Notes: generated by a model not told the origin, from the sequence alone. Counted from the stretch's first letter, positions 42,631 through 52,406 are shown. The stretch: DNA of 64,000 nt from Pseudomonadota bacterium (GCA_039180625.1 JBCDDE010000001.1:485018-549017), one strand, 5' to 3'. Translations and numbers: made by a program.

Positions 42631-43022
42631 TCGTGTGACGTCTTTTCGATGCGATGCATGTCTTCGTCAGACAGCCCAAAATGATGACCGATTTCATGGA
42701 CAAGAACATGCGCGATGAGCGTTTCGAGCGTGATGTTCCCGCGTTCCCTCAGTTCTGCGAGAATTGATCGTCGATAGAGATGGATGTGATTGGGCGCGGC
42801 TATCGGGTCTGTGACCGAGGCCTGCGTTATTGCAACGCCTTCGAACAGGCCGGAAAGCTCCAAAGGATCTGAAATGTTCAGATCCTTTAGAACGTCAGGC
42901 GCTGCTTCTTCTGCGACGTGAATGACAACATTACCGCAGAGCCGTCGAAAGTCAGCCGGCAGATCTGCAAACGCATCTTGGGCCATTTGGTCGAATGCGA
43001 CGAGGTCCGGCGCTCTTTCCAT
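42627..43022 (-). CDS. Zincin-like metallopeptidase family protein
   Basis: GLFEG...IHLYRRSI...VLVHEIGHHFGLS (HExxH). Confidence 0.88.
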   Translation of the reverse strand: MERAPDLVAFDQMAQDAFADLPADFRRLCGNVVIHVAEEAAPDVLKDLNISDPLELSGLFEGVAITQASVTDPIAAPNHIHLYRRSILAELRERGNITLETLIAHVLVHEIGHHFGLSDEDMHRIEKTSHD

Positions 43023-43029
43023 CAGCGGA

Positions 43030-44376
43030 CTATCTTGCCGTCGCGGCTTGAAAAATATCAGCAATTACGGGTTCGACCGCTTTCATGGCTGAACGCCCTC
43101 TCGTTACGCCAAGACGCACAATGACAAGGTTCTGGGATGGAAAGACGAAGACATACTGTCCCTCATGGCCCGCCATAAAATACATATCCGCCGGCAACGC
43201 ATCAAAGAATTGATCGCCTCTTGGGTCTTGCGGACGGTTCAGCCAGAAATGCGCGCCATACTGACCGGAAGACTTTGGCGTTGGCGTTGATACGTATGCA
43301 GCCCAACTTTTCGGCAGAATACGTTCGCCGTTCCAGACGCCGTCTTGTAAGTAAAGCTGGCCAAGCCGCGCCCAATCCCTTGCTGTCGCGTACGCGAAAG
43401 ATGAACCGATAAAGACGCCCGAAGCGTCAGGTTCCATTACAAAACTGTCGGCGCCGATAGGGAAAAAAATATTTTCAAACGCGTATTCAACAGGGTTTTT
43501 TCCTGTTTTGCGAATAACATTGTAAAACGCATATGCAAGAATGTTTGACGTACCGCTTGAGTATGACCAGATTTCTCCTGGCGCCGCTTCGATGTCTGAA
43601 GTGGCCGCATAAGCCCCTGCGCCGGGTTCTTCAAACAGCATGCGATTGACCTGTGAGCGCGGCTTTTCGTATTTTTCTTCGAAAGTAAGCCCGCTTTGCA
43701 TGCGGAGAAGATCATCCCAAGTAATTTTCCGGCGGGCCTCGTCTTTCTCCCATGCCTGCAAGGGCGGTGTTGAATTGATATCAATAAGACCGTCTTCAAC
43801 AGCCGCTCCGATCAGTGTCGCTGTCACGCTCTTCGCCATGGACCATGATAAAAAAGGCGTTGTCTCAGAAAAACCGTCCGCATACTGTTCGGCAATTATT
43901 TCGCCATCAGCGATTACAAGAAGGGCTCTGTGTTTTTGAGCCTTGTCAGCGAAAGCTTTTTTTAACGCTGCGAAGACATTTTCATCGGTTTTGGAAACCC
44001 ACTGAGCGCCGCTTTGTATGCCAACGGCTTGATCGTCAACAGTTTTCAGGGACTTGTTTTCGACTGTGCAACCAACGCCTTCCCGGTGGAGGGCGGATTT
44101 TCGGCCTGCGCCAAAGGGGCCGGAAGCAGTCACTCGATTTGCATCAAGATCTACCGAGATTACTATATAATCAAACCCTTTTGAAATTCCTTTGAAATCA
44201 TTCGCGATAACGTTTCCCGGGTCGCGCCGCGCTACGAAAATTTCAGAACATGCAACTTTGGAAGCGTAAGCGGCGCCAATGCGTATAAGGCCAACAGCAT
44301 ATGAGATGCCTACAGCTCCAATAGCCGCAGCCGTTACTGCAATACCTATTAGAATGTAGCTCTTGTATGCTTTCAT
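43030..44376 (-). CDS. Serine hydrolase (class C beta-lactamase-like fold)
   Basis: SWSMAKS (SxxK), WSYSSG (YxS), AGHEGQ; N-terminal anchor. Confidence 0.88.
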   Translation of the reverse strand: MKAYKSYILIGIAVTAAAIGAVGISYAVGLIRIGAAYASKVACSEIFVARRDPGNVIANDFKGISKGFDYIVISVDLDANRVTASGPFGAGRKSALHREGVGCTVENKSLKTVDDQAVGIQSGAQWVSKTDENVFAALKKAFADKAQKHRALLVIADGEIIAEQYADGFSETTPFLSWSMAKSVTATLIGAAVEDGLIDINSTPPLQAWEKDEARRKITWDDLLRMQSGLTFEEKYEKPRSQVNRMLFEEPGAGAYAATSDIEAAPGEIWSYSSGTSNILAYAFYNVIRKTGKNPVEYAFENIFFPIGADSFVMEPDASGVFIGSSFAYATARDWARLGQLYLQDGVWNGERILPKSWAAYVSTPTPKSSGQYGAHFWLNRPQDPRGDQFFDALPADMYFMAGHEGQYVFVFPSQNLVIVRLGVTRGRSAMKAVEPVIADIFQAATAR

Positions 44377-44424
44377 ATCGCGCTAGGTAAACAGCCTTTC
44401 ACGATATGAAAAGCAGCATAGGAG

Positions 44425-45081
44425 CTATAGGCCGACAAAGGGTTGAGCGATTTTGCCGATCATTGTTTTGAATTCAAGCGGTGCGCTTGTTGCGATCAGA
44501 CAAATGCATGGTTCATCGCCAATCGCTTCAGGTTCATGGAGGTGATCACCGTCCAGATCTGCGAGATCGCCAACCTGAAATTTTCCAACGTTGTCTGTGT
44601 AGGCTCCGCGCAGGATGAGCGTTAATTCCTCACCCTTGTGTGAATGTTTCGGCATACGCGTGCCAGCCTGAATTTTTAGCAACCGCAGAACGCCCTTTCG
44701 ATAACCTTCGGCTTCAAGAACGCTTTGAGATACGCCCGGCGCAACAGGTTTCCAGGAAACGTCGTCAAGAGGTCCGGTTAGATATTCAGCTAAGGGCGGT
44801 CGGTTTTCGGGCATATCGCTAACCGGTTTTTCTGGAATAACGATATTTGCCGCATCACCAGCTTTGGCAAGAACACGTTCCAGAGCATCCGTGGACATGT
44901 CAACGACAGGCGCAGACGACAGCATGGCGCCCCCTATCGTTTCCAAATCGCTAATCGCGCCTGCGCAGCGGCTACAAAGGGCTGCATGGGTCGCAATCAC
45001 GACTGCGCGCGCTTCATCGAGACGTCCAGCAGCGAAATCTGCAAGTGTTTCGAAACGGGGATGATGGTTAATGTCACTCAT
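44425..45081 (-). CDS. chrR: Anti-sigma factor ChrR
   Basis: HHP..ETL..FAAG, HAALCSRC ZAS motif, cupin HSHKGEELTLILRG. Confidence 0.92.
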   Translation of the reverse strand: MSDINHHPRFETLADFAAGRLDEARAVVIATHAALCSRCAGAISDLETIGGAMLSSAPVVDMSTDALERVLAKAGDAANIVIPEKPVSDMPENRPPLAEYLTGPLDDVSWKPVAPGVSQSVLEAEGYRKGVLRLLKIQAGTRMPKHSHKGEELTLILRGAYTDNVGKFQVGDLADLDGDHLHEPEAIGDEPCICLIATSAPLEFKTMIGKIAQPFVGL

Positions 45082-45658
45082 TCAGATCTTCCAACTCATA
45101 CCGTATTTTTTCAAAGGCGAGACGCAACCGAGACTTCACAGTTCCTAAAGGCAAGTTCAGACGTTCCGCAATGGCGGAGTGAGGCTCGTCTTCGTAAAAA
45201 TGCAGTTTCATTACCTCCAATTGTTCAGGCGGGAGCGCCTGCAACGCATTAGAGATACGTCCTGCCTGTTCTTTCAGTTCACATGCTGCGTCCGCCCGGG
45301 GCGCTTCTTCCGGCATCAGCATGGGCTCATTTTCATCCAGATCCGGCTTGGCGACCCTTCTGATCGCGTCGATGCGGGCGTTTCTTGCAATCGTGTATAT
45401 CCAGGTGGCTGCAGAAGCCTTAGAAGAATCAAAGAGTTGGGCCTTCCTCAGAACTTTGACCATCACATCCTGAGCCAAGTCCTCAGCCTGCTCCGGGGTG
45501 GCGCCGCCGCGCATGAGGAAGCCTTTCACGCGGGGCGCAAAATAGGAGAAAAGCTCGGCAAATGCGCGTCTGTCGCCATTTTCGGCGACTTTTCGCAAAC
45601 ATTCTTCCATTGACGCATCCTTAAGATCGCCGGATACGGAAACTTCGGACGCACTCAA
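45074..45658 (-). CDS. rpoE: ECF sigma factor RpoE/SigE (ChrR-associated)
   Basis: DRRAFAELF..FAPRVK, TWIYTIARN..ID, LPLGTVKSRLRLA; overlaps chrR. TTG start at 45658 inferred from a GAAGGGA RBS (ATG 45610 is the alternative). Confidence 0.9.
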   Translation of the reverse strand: MSASEVSVSGDLKDASMEECLRKVAENGDRRAFAELFSYFAPRVKGFLMRGGATPEQAEDLAQDVMVKVLRKAQLFDSSKASAATWIYTIARNARIDAIRRVAKPDLDENEPMLMPEEAPRADAACELKEQAGRISNALQALPPEQLEVMKLHFYEDEPHSAIAERLNLPLGTVKSRLRLAFEKIRYELEDLNE

Positions 45659-45761
45659 GTTAAATTTCCCTTCAGACCTGCCGCAGCATCGCCCAACCAA
45701 TACGCGTTTGAAATATGCCTGTATTTCTCAGTCACGTCCATTTTACGGGACTGCGCGTTGT

Positions 45762-45788
45762 TGATCCATACCTTCGTGCTACTGCGTA
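45762..45788 (+). promoter_or_regulatory. RpoE(ChrR-type)-dependent promoter
   Basis: TGATCC-N16-GCGTA, matching the recalled sigmaE consensus, 25 nt before the oxidoreductase start. Confidence 0.75.
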
Positions 45789-45813
45789 ACTCGCCATACG
45801 TTAAGTTGAGATA

Positions 45814-47148
45814 TTGATGCCATTTGATTCCGCCCGCGCCGCGCCTAAGAAAATTGCTGTCATAGGGTCGGGCATCGCCGGACTTTCCGCAGCCTGGTTA
45901 CTATCCGGTCGTCACAATGTTTGCCTTTACGAAAAGGCCAGCCGTCTCGGCGGACATTCCAACACCGTGGATGTGCAGACTGAAAACGGTGTTTTGCCGG
46001 TCGACACCGGATTCATTGTTTTCAATGAACCAAGTTATCCGAACCTGACGGCCTTGCTTGAGCATCTTGGCGTTTCGACTGAAAAATCCTGTATGTCTTT
46101 TGGCGTTTCCATGCAGTCTGGCGCCGTGGAGTATTCCGGCCAAACATTATCCTCAGTATTCGCCAAACGATCCAGCGTCGCCTCTCCAAGCTTCTGGAAA
46201 ATGCTGGCTGATATACCGCGCTTTCATCGCGACGCGCGTGAAACCTTGCGCGCCGGCTTTTGCGAGCATGCTTCGCTCGGAGAGTTTGTCGAACGCCGGG
46301 GATACGGTCGCGGCTTCCGAGAGCATTTTCTCAAGCCCATGGCGGCCGCCATATGGTCGACGCCGCATATGAGAGTTTTTGATTACCCAGCTTTTTCATT
46401 TCTCCGGTTTTTCGAAAACCATGGGCTCTTACAGGTCATGAATTTGCCGGAATGGCATACGGTCTCCGGCGGCTCGCGCAGCTATGTAAAAAGGCTCGCC
46501 GCTTCGCTGGGCGAATCAATACGGCTTGGCGCCGGCGTTCAATCGGTGCGACGGGAAAATGATAAGGTCGTCATTATCGACGCTCAAGGCGCAGAAGACG
46601 TCTTCGACGATGTTGTGATTGCAACGCATGCTGATGCGGCGCGTTCAATAGTTTGCGATTTAAGCGAAGACGAAAGCAATATTCTTTCTGCGTTCCAGTA
46701 TCAGCCCAACCGCGCGGTGCTGCACCGTGATGCGCGGATGATGCCGACCCGCCGGCGCGCGTGGTCCAGTTGGAATTATATCGGAGATCAGACCTCCGGC
46801 GCTGTGACTTACTGGATGAATCGACTGCAAAATCTGCGCTGCCAGGAGGATATCTTCGTCACCCTCAATCCTGTGCAAGAGTGTGACCCGAAATTAAAGA
46901 TCGCAGAGTTCGAATATGATCACCCTATGTTCGACACGCATACGGAGAAAGCGCAGGCCGACATATGGCGCATACAAGGCCGCTGCGGCGTTTGGTACGC
47001 AGGGGCCCATCTTGGGCACGGTTTCCATGAAGATGGGCTTCAGTCCGGTCTTGCCGTCGCGGAAGCTATTGGGGGCGTGAGGCGCCCATGGAATGTCGCC
47101 AATGAGTCGGCGCGCCTGAAAGCGCATGCGCCCACTGCGTCTTTATGA
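45814..47148 (+). CDS. FAD-dependent oxidoreductase (RSP1091/UfaD-like)
   Basis: GSGIAGLSAA, RLGGHSNT, VDTGFIVFN..YPNL, YWMNRLQ, GFHEDG; divergent from rpoE-chrR. Confidence 0.88.
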   Translation: MMPFDSARAAPKKIAVIGSGIAGLSAAWLLSGRHNVCLYEKASRLGGHSNTVDVQTENGVLPVDTGFIVFNEPSYPNLTALLEHLGVSTEKSCMSFGVSMQSGAVEYSGQTLSSVFAKRSSVASPSFWKMLADIPRFHRDARETLRAGFCEHASLGEFVERRGYGRGFREHFLKPMAAAIWSTPHMRVFDYPAFSFLRFFENHGLLQVMNLPEWHTVSGGSRSYVKRLAASLGESIRLGAGVQSVRRENDKVVIIDAQGAEDVFDDVVIATHADAARSIVCDLSEDESNILSAFQYQPNRAVLHRDARMMPTRRRAWSSWNYIGDQTSGAVTYWMNRLQNLRCQEDIFVTLNPVQECDPKLKIAEFEYDHPMFDTHTEKAQADIWRIQGRCGVWYAGAHLGHGFHEDGLQSGLAVAEAIGGVRRPWNVANESARLKAHAPTASL

Positions 47149-47179
47149 TAAAAGTGTTCGCATGCAAAAAGTCGATAGA

Positions 47180-47968
47180 ATGACAGAGCCGGCTCTCGTT
47201 TATGAAGGCGTCGTTGCCCACGCGCGTCTTAAGCCGGTGCTGCATAAATTCAGATACAACGTATTTTCTTTTTTTATGGATCTGGATCGATTTGAAGAGA
47301 CAGCCGCAGATCTGCGCTGGTTCTCGCTGGATCGATTTAATTTATTTTCATTTCGACAGCGCGACCATGGCGCGGCGAAAGGCGAACGCCTCGCAGATCA
47401 TGTTCGCTCCCTGCTTGATGAGGCGGGAACGCCGTGCCGAGGCCGGATATTTATGTTGGCGTATCCGCGCATGCTCGGCTTCGTTTTTAATCCGCTTACG
47501 ATTTATTATTGCCATAATGAACAAGGCGATCTGCGCGCGGTGCTTTATGAGGTAAGGAATACTTTTGGCGGGCGGCACTGCTATCTTATTCCTTTTGAGG
47601 GCGGTGACACCATTCGCCAAACGGCGGATAAGCTTTTTCATGTTTCGCCTTTTATGGATATGGACCTTATCTACGACTTTGAACTGACCCGTCCGGGCAA
47701 GAACCTTCAGGTCGTCGTCAACACTAGCGACGATGAAGGGCCGGTGCTGACGGCGTCCTTCGCCGGCAAGGCCCATGCTCTCTCCGACGCCAAGCTTGTT
47801 TCGCTTTTCTTTGGCTATCCTTTGATGACCATGAAAGTTATTGCCGGCATCCATTGGGAAGCGTTTCGGCTGCTCGCCAAAGGCTTGCGGTTGAAAAAAG
47901 GAGCGCCGGACCCTCTTCACGAAGTAACCGTTGTGCGTGCGCCCGCCGCTGTCGCAAGAGCGGCGTAA
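47180..47968 (+). CDS. DUF1365 protein (RSP1090/UfaO-like)
   Basis: HAR..P..HKFRY, PRMLGFVFNPL, EVRNTFG.RH.Y, KLFHVSPF, IHWEA. Confidence 0.9.
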   Translation: MTEPALVYEGVVAHARLKPVLHKFRYNVFSFFMDLDRFEETAADLRWFSLDRFNLFSFRQRDHGAAKGERLADHVRSLLDEAGTPCRGRIFMLAYPRMLGFVFNPLTIYYCHNEQGDLRAVLYEVRNTFGGRHCYLIPFEGGDTIRQTADKLFHVSPFMDMDLIYDFELTRPGKNLQVVVNTSDDEGPVLTASFAGKAHALSDAKLVSLFFGYPLMTMKVIAGIHWEAFRLLAKGLRLKKGAPDPLHEVTVVRAPAAVARAA

Positions 47969-48067
47969 CAGTTAGTTGTCCTGGTTTTACTGTCGGCGCA
48001 CAGTCGCCTCATGGACCGACTGTGCTATTTGCGCTAATTGAGCAGTGCCGCAGCTGAGAGCAGGTCT

Positions 48068-48766
48068 ATGAAAAAAATCTTTCCTGACGCCAAATCCGCG
48101 CTTGAAGGGGTACCGTTCGACGGCATGACGGTCATGTCCGGCGGCTTTGGGCTTTGCGGCATTCCGGAAAATCTGATCGCCGCGTTGCGGGAATCCGGCG
48201 TGAAAGACATCACGGTGGTTTCCAATAACGCAGGCGTCGACGGCTTTGGTCTCGGGCTGCTCTTGGAAACGCGGCAGATCAAGAAAATGATCAGTTCCTA
48301 TGTGGGGGAGAACAAGGAATTCGAACGTCAATATCTGTCCGGCGAACTTGAGCTTGAATTTAATCCGCAAGGCACGCTTGCTGAGCGCTGCCGCGCAGGC
48401 GGCGCCGGCATACCTGGTTTTTACACGAAGACCGGGGTTGGCACGGTGATCGCCGAAGGCAAGGAGCACAAGGAGTTCAACGGCGAGACATATATACTGG
48501 AAACCGGTCTCGTCGCCGATCTCTCCATAGTAAAAGCCTGGAAGGGCGATGAGCAGGGCAACCTCATCTTCAGAAAAACCGCTCGTAATTTTAATCCAAT
48601 GATGGCGTCCGCAGGAAAAGTGACCATCGCTGAGGTCGAAGAAATTGTGCCGCTTGGCAGCCTCGATCCGGACTGCATCCATACGCCCGGGATTTTCGTT
48701 CAGAAGATTATTCAGGGCGAGCATGAGAAGCGAATTGAACAACGAACGGTACGAGAACGCGCATAA
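48068..48766 (+). CDS. scoA: 3-oxoacid CoA-transferase subunit A
   Basis: [40 protein letters not shown]. Confidence 0.93.
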   Translation: MKKIFPDAKSALEGVPFDGMTVMSGGFGLCGIPENLIAALRESGVKDITVVSNNAGVDGFGLGLLLETRQIKKMISSYVGENKEFERQYLSGELELEFNPQGTLAERCRAGGAGIPGFYTKTGVGTVIAEGKEHKEFNGETYILETGLVADLSIVKAWKGDEQGNLIFRKTARNFNPMMASAGKVTIAEVEEIVPLGSLDPDCIHTPGIFVQKIIQGEHEKRIEQRTVRERA

Positions 48767-48789
48767 TTTTCGCGGCGCTCAGAGGAGAT

Positions 48790-49314
48790 TTGCTAATGCA
48801 TTTTCTTTCAGTTTTCCTCGTTATTCTCTGCATGGCTGGGCCCGCATTTGCTGGTGAGAAGAAAGCTTCAAAGCTATCTGCATTGGATCGCCTGGCAATC
48901 ATTGAGCTTGCCAGCAAGCTGGATACTGCGGTTGACGCAAAGGACTGGGCGAAGGCGCGCAGCCTTTTTACTGAAACGATCGAAGCCGGCCTTCCGGGTG
49001 TCGAACCAACGGAAATGGCGTCGGCTGATCTTGTCGGTGCGTGGGCGGCGAACCTTTATGCTGAGAAGACGAGTTTTCATCTTCGGGGCGACGGAATCAT
49101 CAAGGCCGATGATAACGGCAATATTCGCCTCTATTCCAAAGCTTATGCATGGAATCGTCTCCCCGGGATGGAAGGCGGCGAAATTTGGGAAGTTTGGGGG
49201 GATTATGTTTACGGCGTTGTCCGCGAAGGCGGAAAGTGGCGCATTTCAAGTTTTTCTTTTTCGCCAGCGTTCGACCGCGGCAATGCAAACATACCCGGCT
49301 ATCAGCCGGAATAA
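48790..49314 (+). CDS. Exported NTF2/SnoaL-like protein
   Basis: Signal peptide; DRLAI.EL......AVDAKDW...LF, G.Y....R.GGKWRIS. Confidence 0.78.
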   Translation: MLMHFLSVFLVILCMAGPAFAGEKKASKLSALDRLAIIELASKLDTAVDAKDWAKARSLFTETIEAGLPGVEPTEMASADLVGAWAANLYAEKTSFHLRGDGIIKADDNGNIRLYSKAYAWNRLPGMEGGEIWEVWGDYVYGVVREGGKWRISSFSFSPAFDRGNANIPGYQPE

Positions 49315-49328
49315 ACGGAGGCTTACTC

Positions 49329-49967
49329 ATGCCCTGGGACAGAAACGACATGGCGCGCCGCGCTGCGCAGGAACTGGAAGACGGATTTTACGTCAATCTT
49401 GGCATCGGTATTCCGACGCTCGTCGCTAATTATATCGGCGAAGACATCGACGTAACCCTGCAATCGGAAAACGGCATGCTCGGCATGGGTCCTTTTCCGT
49501 ATGATGACGAAGTTGACCCCGACCTTATCAACGCTGGAAAGCAGACAATTACCGAGTTACGGCGCACATCATACTTTTCGTCAGCCGACAGTTTCGGCAT
49601 GATCCGCGGCGGACACATTGATTTGTCCGTTCTGGGAGCAATGGAAGTTTCAGAGAAAGGCGATCTCGCCAATTGGATGATTCCTGGCAAAATGGTCAAG
49701 GGCATGGGCGGGGCCATGGATCTGGTCGCCGGGGTCAAGCGCGTTGTTGTTGTCATGGACCATGCGTCGAAATCAGGCGCGCCAAAATTGTTGCATGAAT
49801 GTTCATTGCCGCTCACCGGTCAGCAGGTGGTCGATATGGTCATTACTAATCTTGGGGTTTTTAAAATCGATCGCGGGCGCGGCATGACGCTCGTGGAATT
49901 GGCGCCTGATGTCAGCGTTAACGAGGTAAAAACGCAAACTGAAGCTGACTTTGATATTGCCGTTTAG
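49329..49967 (+). CDS. scoB: 3-oxoacid CoA-transferase subunit B
   Basis: YVNLGIGIPT, LQSENG (catalytic Glu), GGHID, GMGGAMDL. Confidence 0.94.
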   Translation: MPWDRNDMARRAAQELEDGFYVNLGIGIPTLVANYIGEDIDVTLQSENGMLGMGPFPYDDEVDPDLINAGKQTITELRRTSYFSSADSFGMIRGGHIDLSVLGAMEVSEKGDLANWMIPGKMVKGMGGAMDLVAGVKRVVVVMDHASKSGAPKLLHECSLPLTGQQVVDMVITNLGVFKIDRGRGMTLVELAPDVSVNEVKTQTEADFDIAV

Positions 49968-50086
49968 GTTTGTGCGTTCATGCGTCTGTGACCGTTGAGC
50001 TATAGTCTAGCCGCGTGAAATTCTTGTTAGAGCCTTGCGTTTTTCATGCGTAAGGATCTGATAAACTTGAATAACCTTTTGAGATT

Positions 50087-50237
50087 ATTGCACGCGTATC
50101 GCCTTGCGCTGGCCCTAGAGGATTTCTGGATTGCCGATGGTCACTTCCTCGCTTCGAGAAGCTTTCGCGGACAGCAAAAGCGTCGCGAAGGGTCTAGAAT
50201 TTGATCTAAGCAAACAGCGAGTCGCTCCGCCGCAATC
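50087..50237 (+). ncRNA. Rod-shaped ncRNA with central bubble; 6S RNA (ssrS) candidate
   Basis: Nested pairings attgc/gcaat, tcgc/gcga, ttgc/gcaa, ctggccct/agggtc(t)ag, an unpaired central bubble, ttgc/gcaa and apical gcttc/gaagc; U-tract at 50241-50246; lies in a 330-nt ORF-free gap. Confidence 0.5.
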
Positions 50238-50297
50238 TGGTTTTTTCTAAACCTGCTTTGCCTTGTAACCGTAGGCATCTCATGTGCTGAAACGTCT

Positions 50298-50981
50298 CTA
50301 GCCTGTCATGGCGGTCAGCTGCGCCGGTGCGTTTCCCTCGTGGACAATACAGCTGAGCAAATGCGCCAGCACTTTTTCATCGCCCGAAAGCATCATTCGT
50401 TTTTTTGCTTCCAGCAGCGTGATTTCGGCTCTGAATGCTTTCATCATGGTGGCAACGTCAGTGGCGATTTTTGCGGCCGCCGGCGCATCTGCGCCGCGGC
50501 GCGCCGTCATTTCTTCGTTCATATAATACAGCGTGTACGGATAATCATCGATGGTGAGATGGGCGACGTAGCTGAGACTTCGATCTCGATGAAAGCCTGC
50601 AAAAATTTCAACGCCTAAAGCGACGGCGTCGGGCATCAAGTCATCTGAATAAATACAATCGCGCGCTGGCGACGGGTCGGGGCGCGTCTTGAAATAGTGG
50701 ATTGACCAGTAAACCAGCTGGCGTATCGCGGGACGCAAGGTTTCGCCAAGGTCGGATAAACGATACCCGCCTTCGGGCGCGGCCTCGATAATGCCGGTCT
50801 CATCAAGCTCTTTTAGGCGCTTGGAGAGCAGGTTGGCGCCAAGTCCAGGCAAACCGGCCTGAAGGTCGCCGAAACGGCGCGGTCCCAGAAACAGGTCCCG
50901 GAGGATCAGAAGCGTCCAGCGTTCGCCCAATATGTCGAGCGCATGCGCCAGAATGCAGTCCTGATTGTAGCGCCGAGCCAT
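50298..50981 (-). CDS. HxlR family regulator with C-terminal SCP2-like domain
   Basis: YNQDC.LAHALDILGERWTLLILRDL..GPRRF.DL...LSKRLKEL. Confidence 0.88.
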   Translation of the reverse strand: MARRYNQDCILAHALDILGERWTLLILRDLFLGPRRFGDLQAGLPGLGANLLSKRLKELDETGIIEAAPEGGYRLSDLGETLRPAIRQLVYWSIHYFKTRPDPSPARDCIYSDDLMPDAVALGVEIFAGFHRDRSLSYVAHLTIDDYPYTLYYMNEEMTARRGADAPAAAKIATDVATMMKAFRAEITLLEAKKRMMLSGDEKVLAHLLSCIVHEGNAPAQLTAMTG

Positions 50982-51172
50982 TCAAATCCTCCGTAACTCC
51001 GCGATTTTAAGCGGTTTTTTCTATTGTACGGCAATTGCTGCAAGTTCGTTATGTAATTTTCATTATGCAAAAATATCTTATTAGGACTTTACACTTTAAA
51101 ATTAAATAGTAAACTGTATATTGCAAATTGGGAAAAGCAGCATTTCCCAATGATCAAAAAGGAGAAACCCGA

Positions 51173-51439
51173 ATGTTGAAATACGCTCTGCCTGCGCTCA
51201 GCGCCGTTGCGATGGTTACCGCGTCCGCCCATGCCGCGAGTTGGTCTGAAAAAATTGAAATGTGTGTCGAGGCTATCGAGGCTGAAGGCCTTGCTGACAC
51301 TGCAAACTACGATGTTCGCTTCGATGCCGGCAGTGAGCGTCGATTTACGATCATTCTTATGTCCAGAAGCGATGATGAAAAGCTTCGCGCAGAGTGCCGT
51401 TGGGCGCGCGGACGTGTTTCTTCTGTCTCGCTTGGATAA
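51173..51439 (+). CDS. Small exported hypothetical protein
   Basis: AGGAG RBS; signal peptide MLKYALPALSAVAMVTASAHA; two Cys. Confidence 0.7.
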   Translation: MLKYALPALSAVAMVTASAHAASWSEKIEMCVEAIEAEGLADTANYDVRFDAGSERRFTIILMSRSDDEKLRAECRWARGRVSSVSLG

Positions 51440-51444
51440 AAATT

Positions 51445-51514
51445 TGCGCGCCGCTTGTGCGGCGCGCATCCGTTCCCTGTCACTTGGCGCCCGCGAATTT
51501 GCGGGCGCTTTTTT
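51445..51514. terminator. Tandem hairpins/terminator between convergent genes
   Basis: tgcgcgccgc/gcggcgcgca, then gcgcccgc/gcgggcgc followed by T6. Confidence 0.8.
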
Positions 51515-52406
51515 ATTGGCCGCTTAAAGAGCGATGCAGCGTTCTGACCATTCGCTCGCCATTGACAAAGCCCTGACCCCATTTGCCGTTGAGGTCAGCG
51601 AGGGGGTCGGCGTCGACGGCGTCGTCTTCGCTGACGCCGTCATCAAGCAGCCCCTGGATACGCCCGCGCGCTTCTTTCAGCATATCAACAGTCGCTTGCA
51701 GATCGGCCTTTGTCGCCATCGGTCCATGACCAGGGATGATCTTCGTGTCGTTGTCGATCTTGCCCAAGACTTTTTCATGCGTCGCAATGTAACCGTTCAC
51801 ATCGCCGCCGGACTCAAGATCGATAAACGGATAACCGCCATTAAAGAAGACATCGCCCATGTGGAGAACGTTTACATCTTTAAAAAAGACAATGGCGTCT
51901 CCGTCCGTATGGGCCTTTTCCGGATGCCAGATGTGGATATCGCGACCATTCCAGTAAAAGCTCATAGTTTCTGAAAAAGTGATGACGGGCAGCGCGCCTT
52001 CCGGCGCCGGCGGCGTAACATTGCCGCCTGAACGCGTCAGCCCTTCCTTCAAGCGCGTGCGAACATTGTCATGGGCTACGATATGAGCGCCGGTCTTGCC
52101 GAAGGCCTCATTGCCGCCTGTGTGATCGCCATGCCAGTGCGTGTTGAGGACAAAAGCGACCGGCTTGTCCGTAACTTCGTTGATCGCAGCCAAAATCTTG
52201 TCGGATAGCGGCGCAAATTGATCGTCAATGACAAAAGCGCCGTCCTCGCCAACTGAAAGGCCAATATTGCCGCCCGCGCCTTCAAGCATGTAGACGCCCT
52301 CGACGACCTTGCTTGTTTTGATCTCGACGCTGTCAAAACGGCCTTGAGCGTGCGCCGCACCGGTGCAAACAGCAAATGCTGCAACTGCTGTAATTACGTG
52401 CTTCAT
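51513..52406 (-). CDS. MBL-fold metallo-hydrolase (cyclase-like), exported
   Basis: GGNIG, NTHWHGDHTGGN, AHTDGD, HMGD, IPGHG. Confidence 0.9.
   Translation of the reverse strand: MKHVITAVAAFAVCTGAAHAQGRFDSVEIKTSKVVEGVYMLEGAGGNIGLSVGEDGAFVIDDQFAPLSDKILAAINEVTDKPVAFVLNTHWHGDHTGGNEAFGKTGAHIVAHDNVRTRLKEGLTRSGGNVTPPAPEGALPVITFSETMSFYWNGRDIHIWHPEKAHTDGDAIVFFKDVNVLHMGDVFFNGGYPFIDLESGGDVNGYIATHEKVLGKIDNDTKIIPGHGPMATKADLQATVDMLKEARGRIQGLLDDGVSEDDAVDADPLADLNGKWGQGFVNGERMVRTLHRSLSGQ

Noticed and set aside
45701-45730. Autoregulatory sigmaE promoter for rpoE on the minus strand
   Set aside because: GCGTA -10 is present but there is no TGATCC -35 at 16-17 nt spacing
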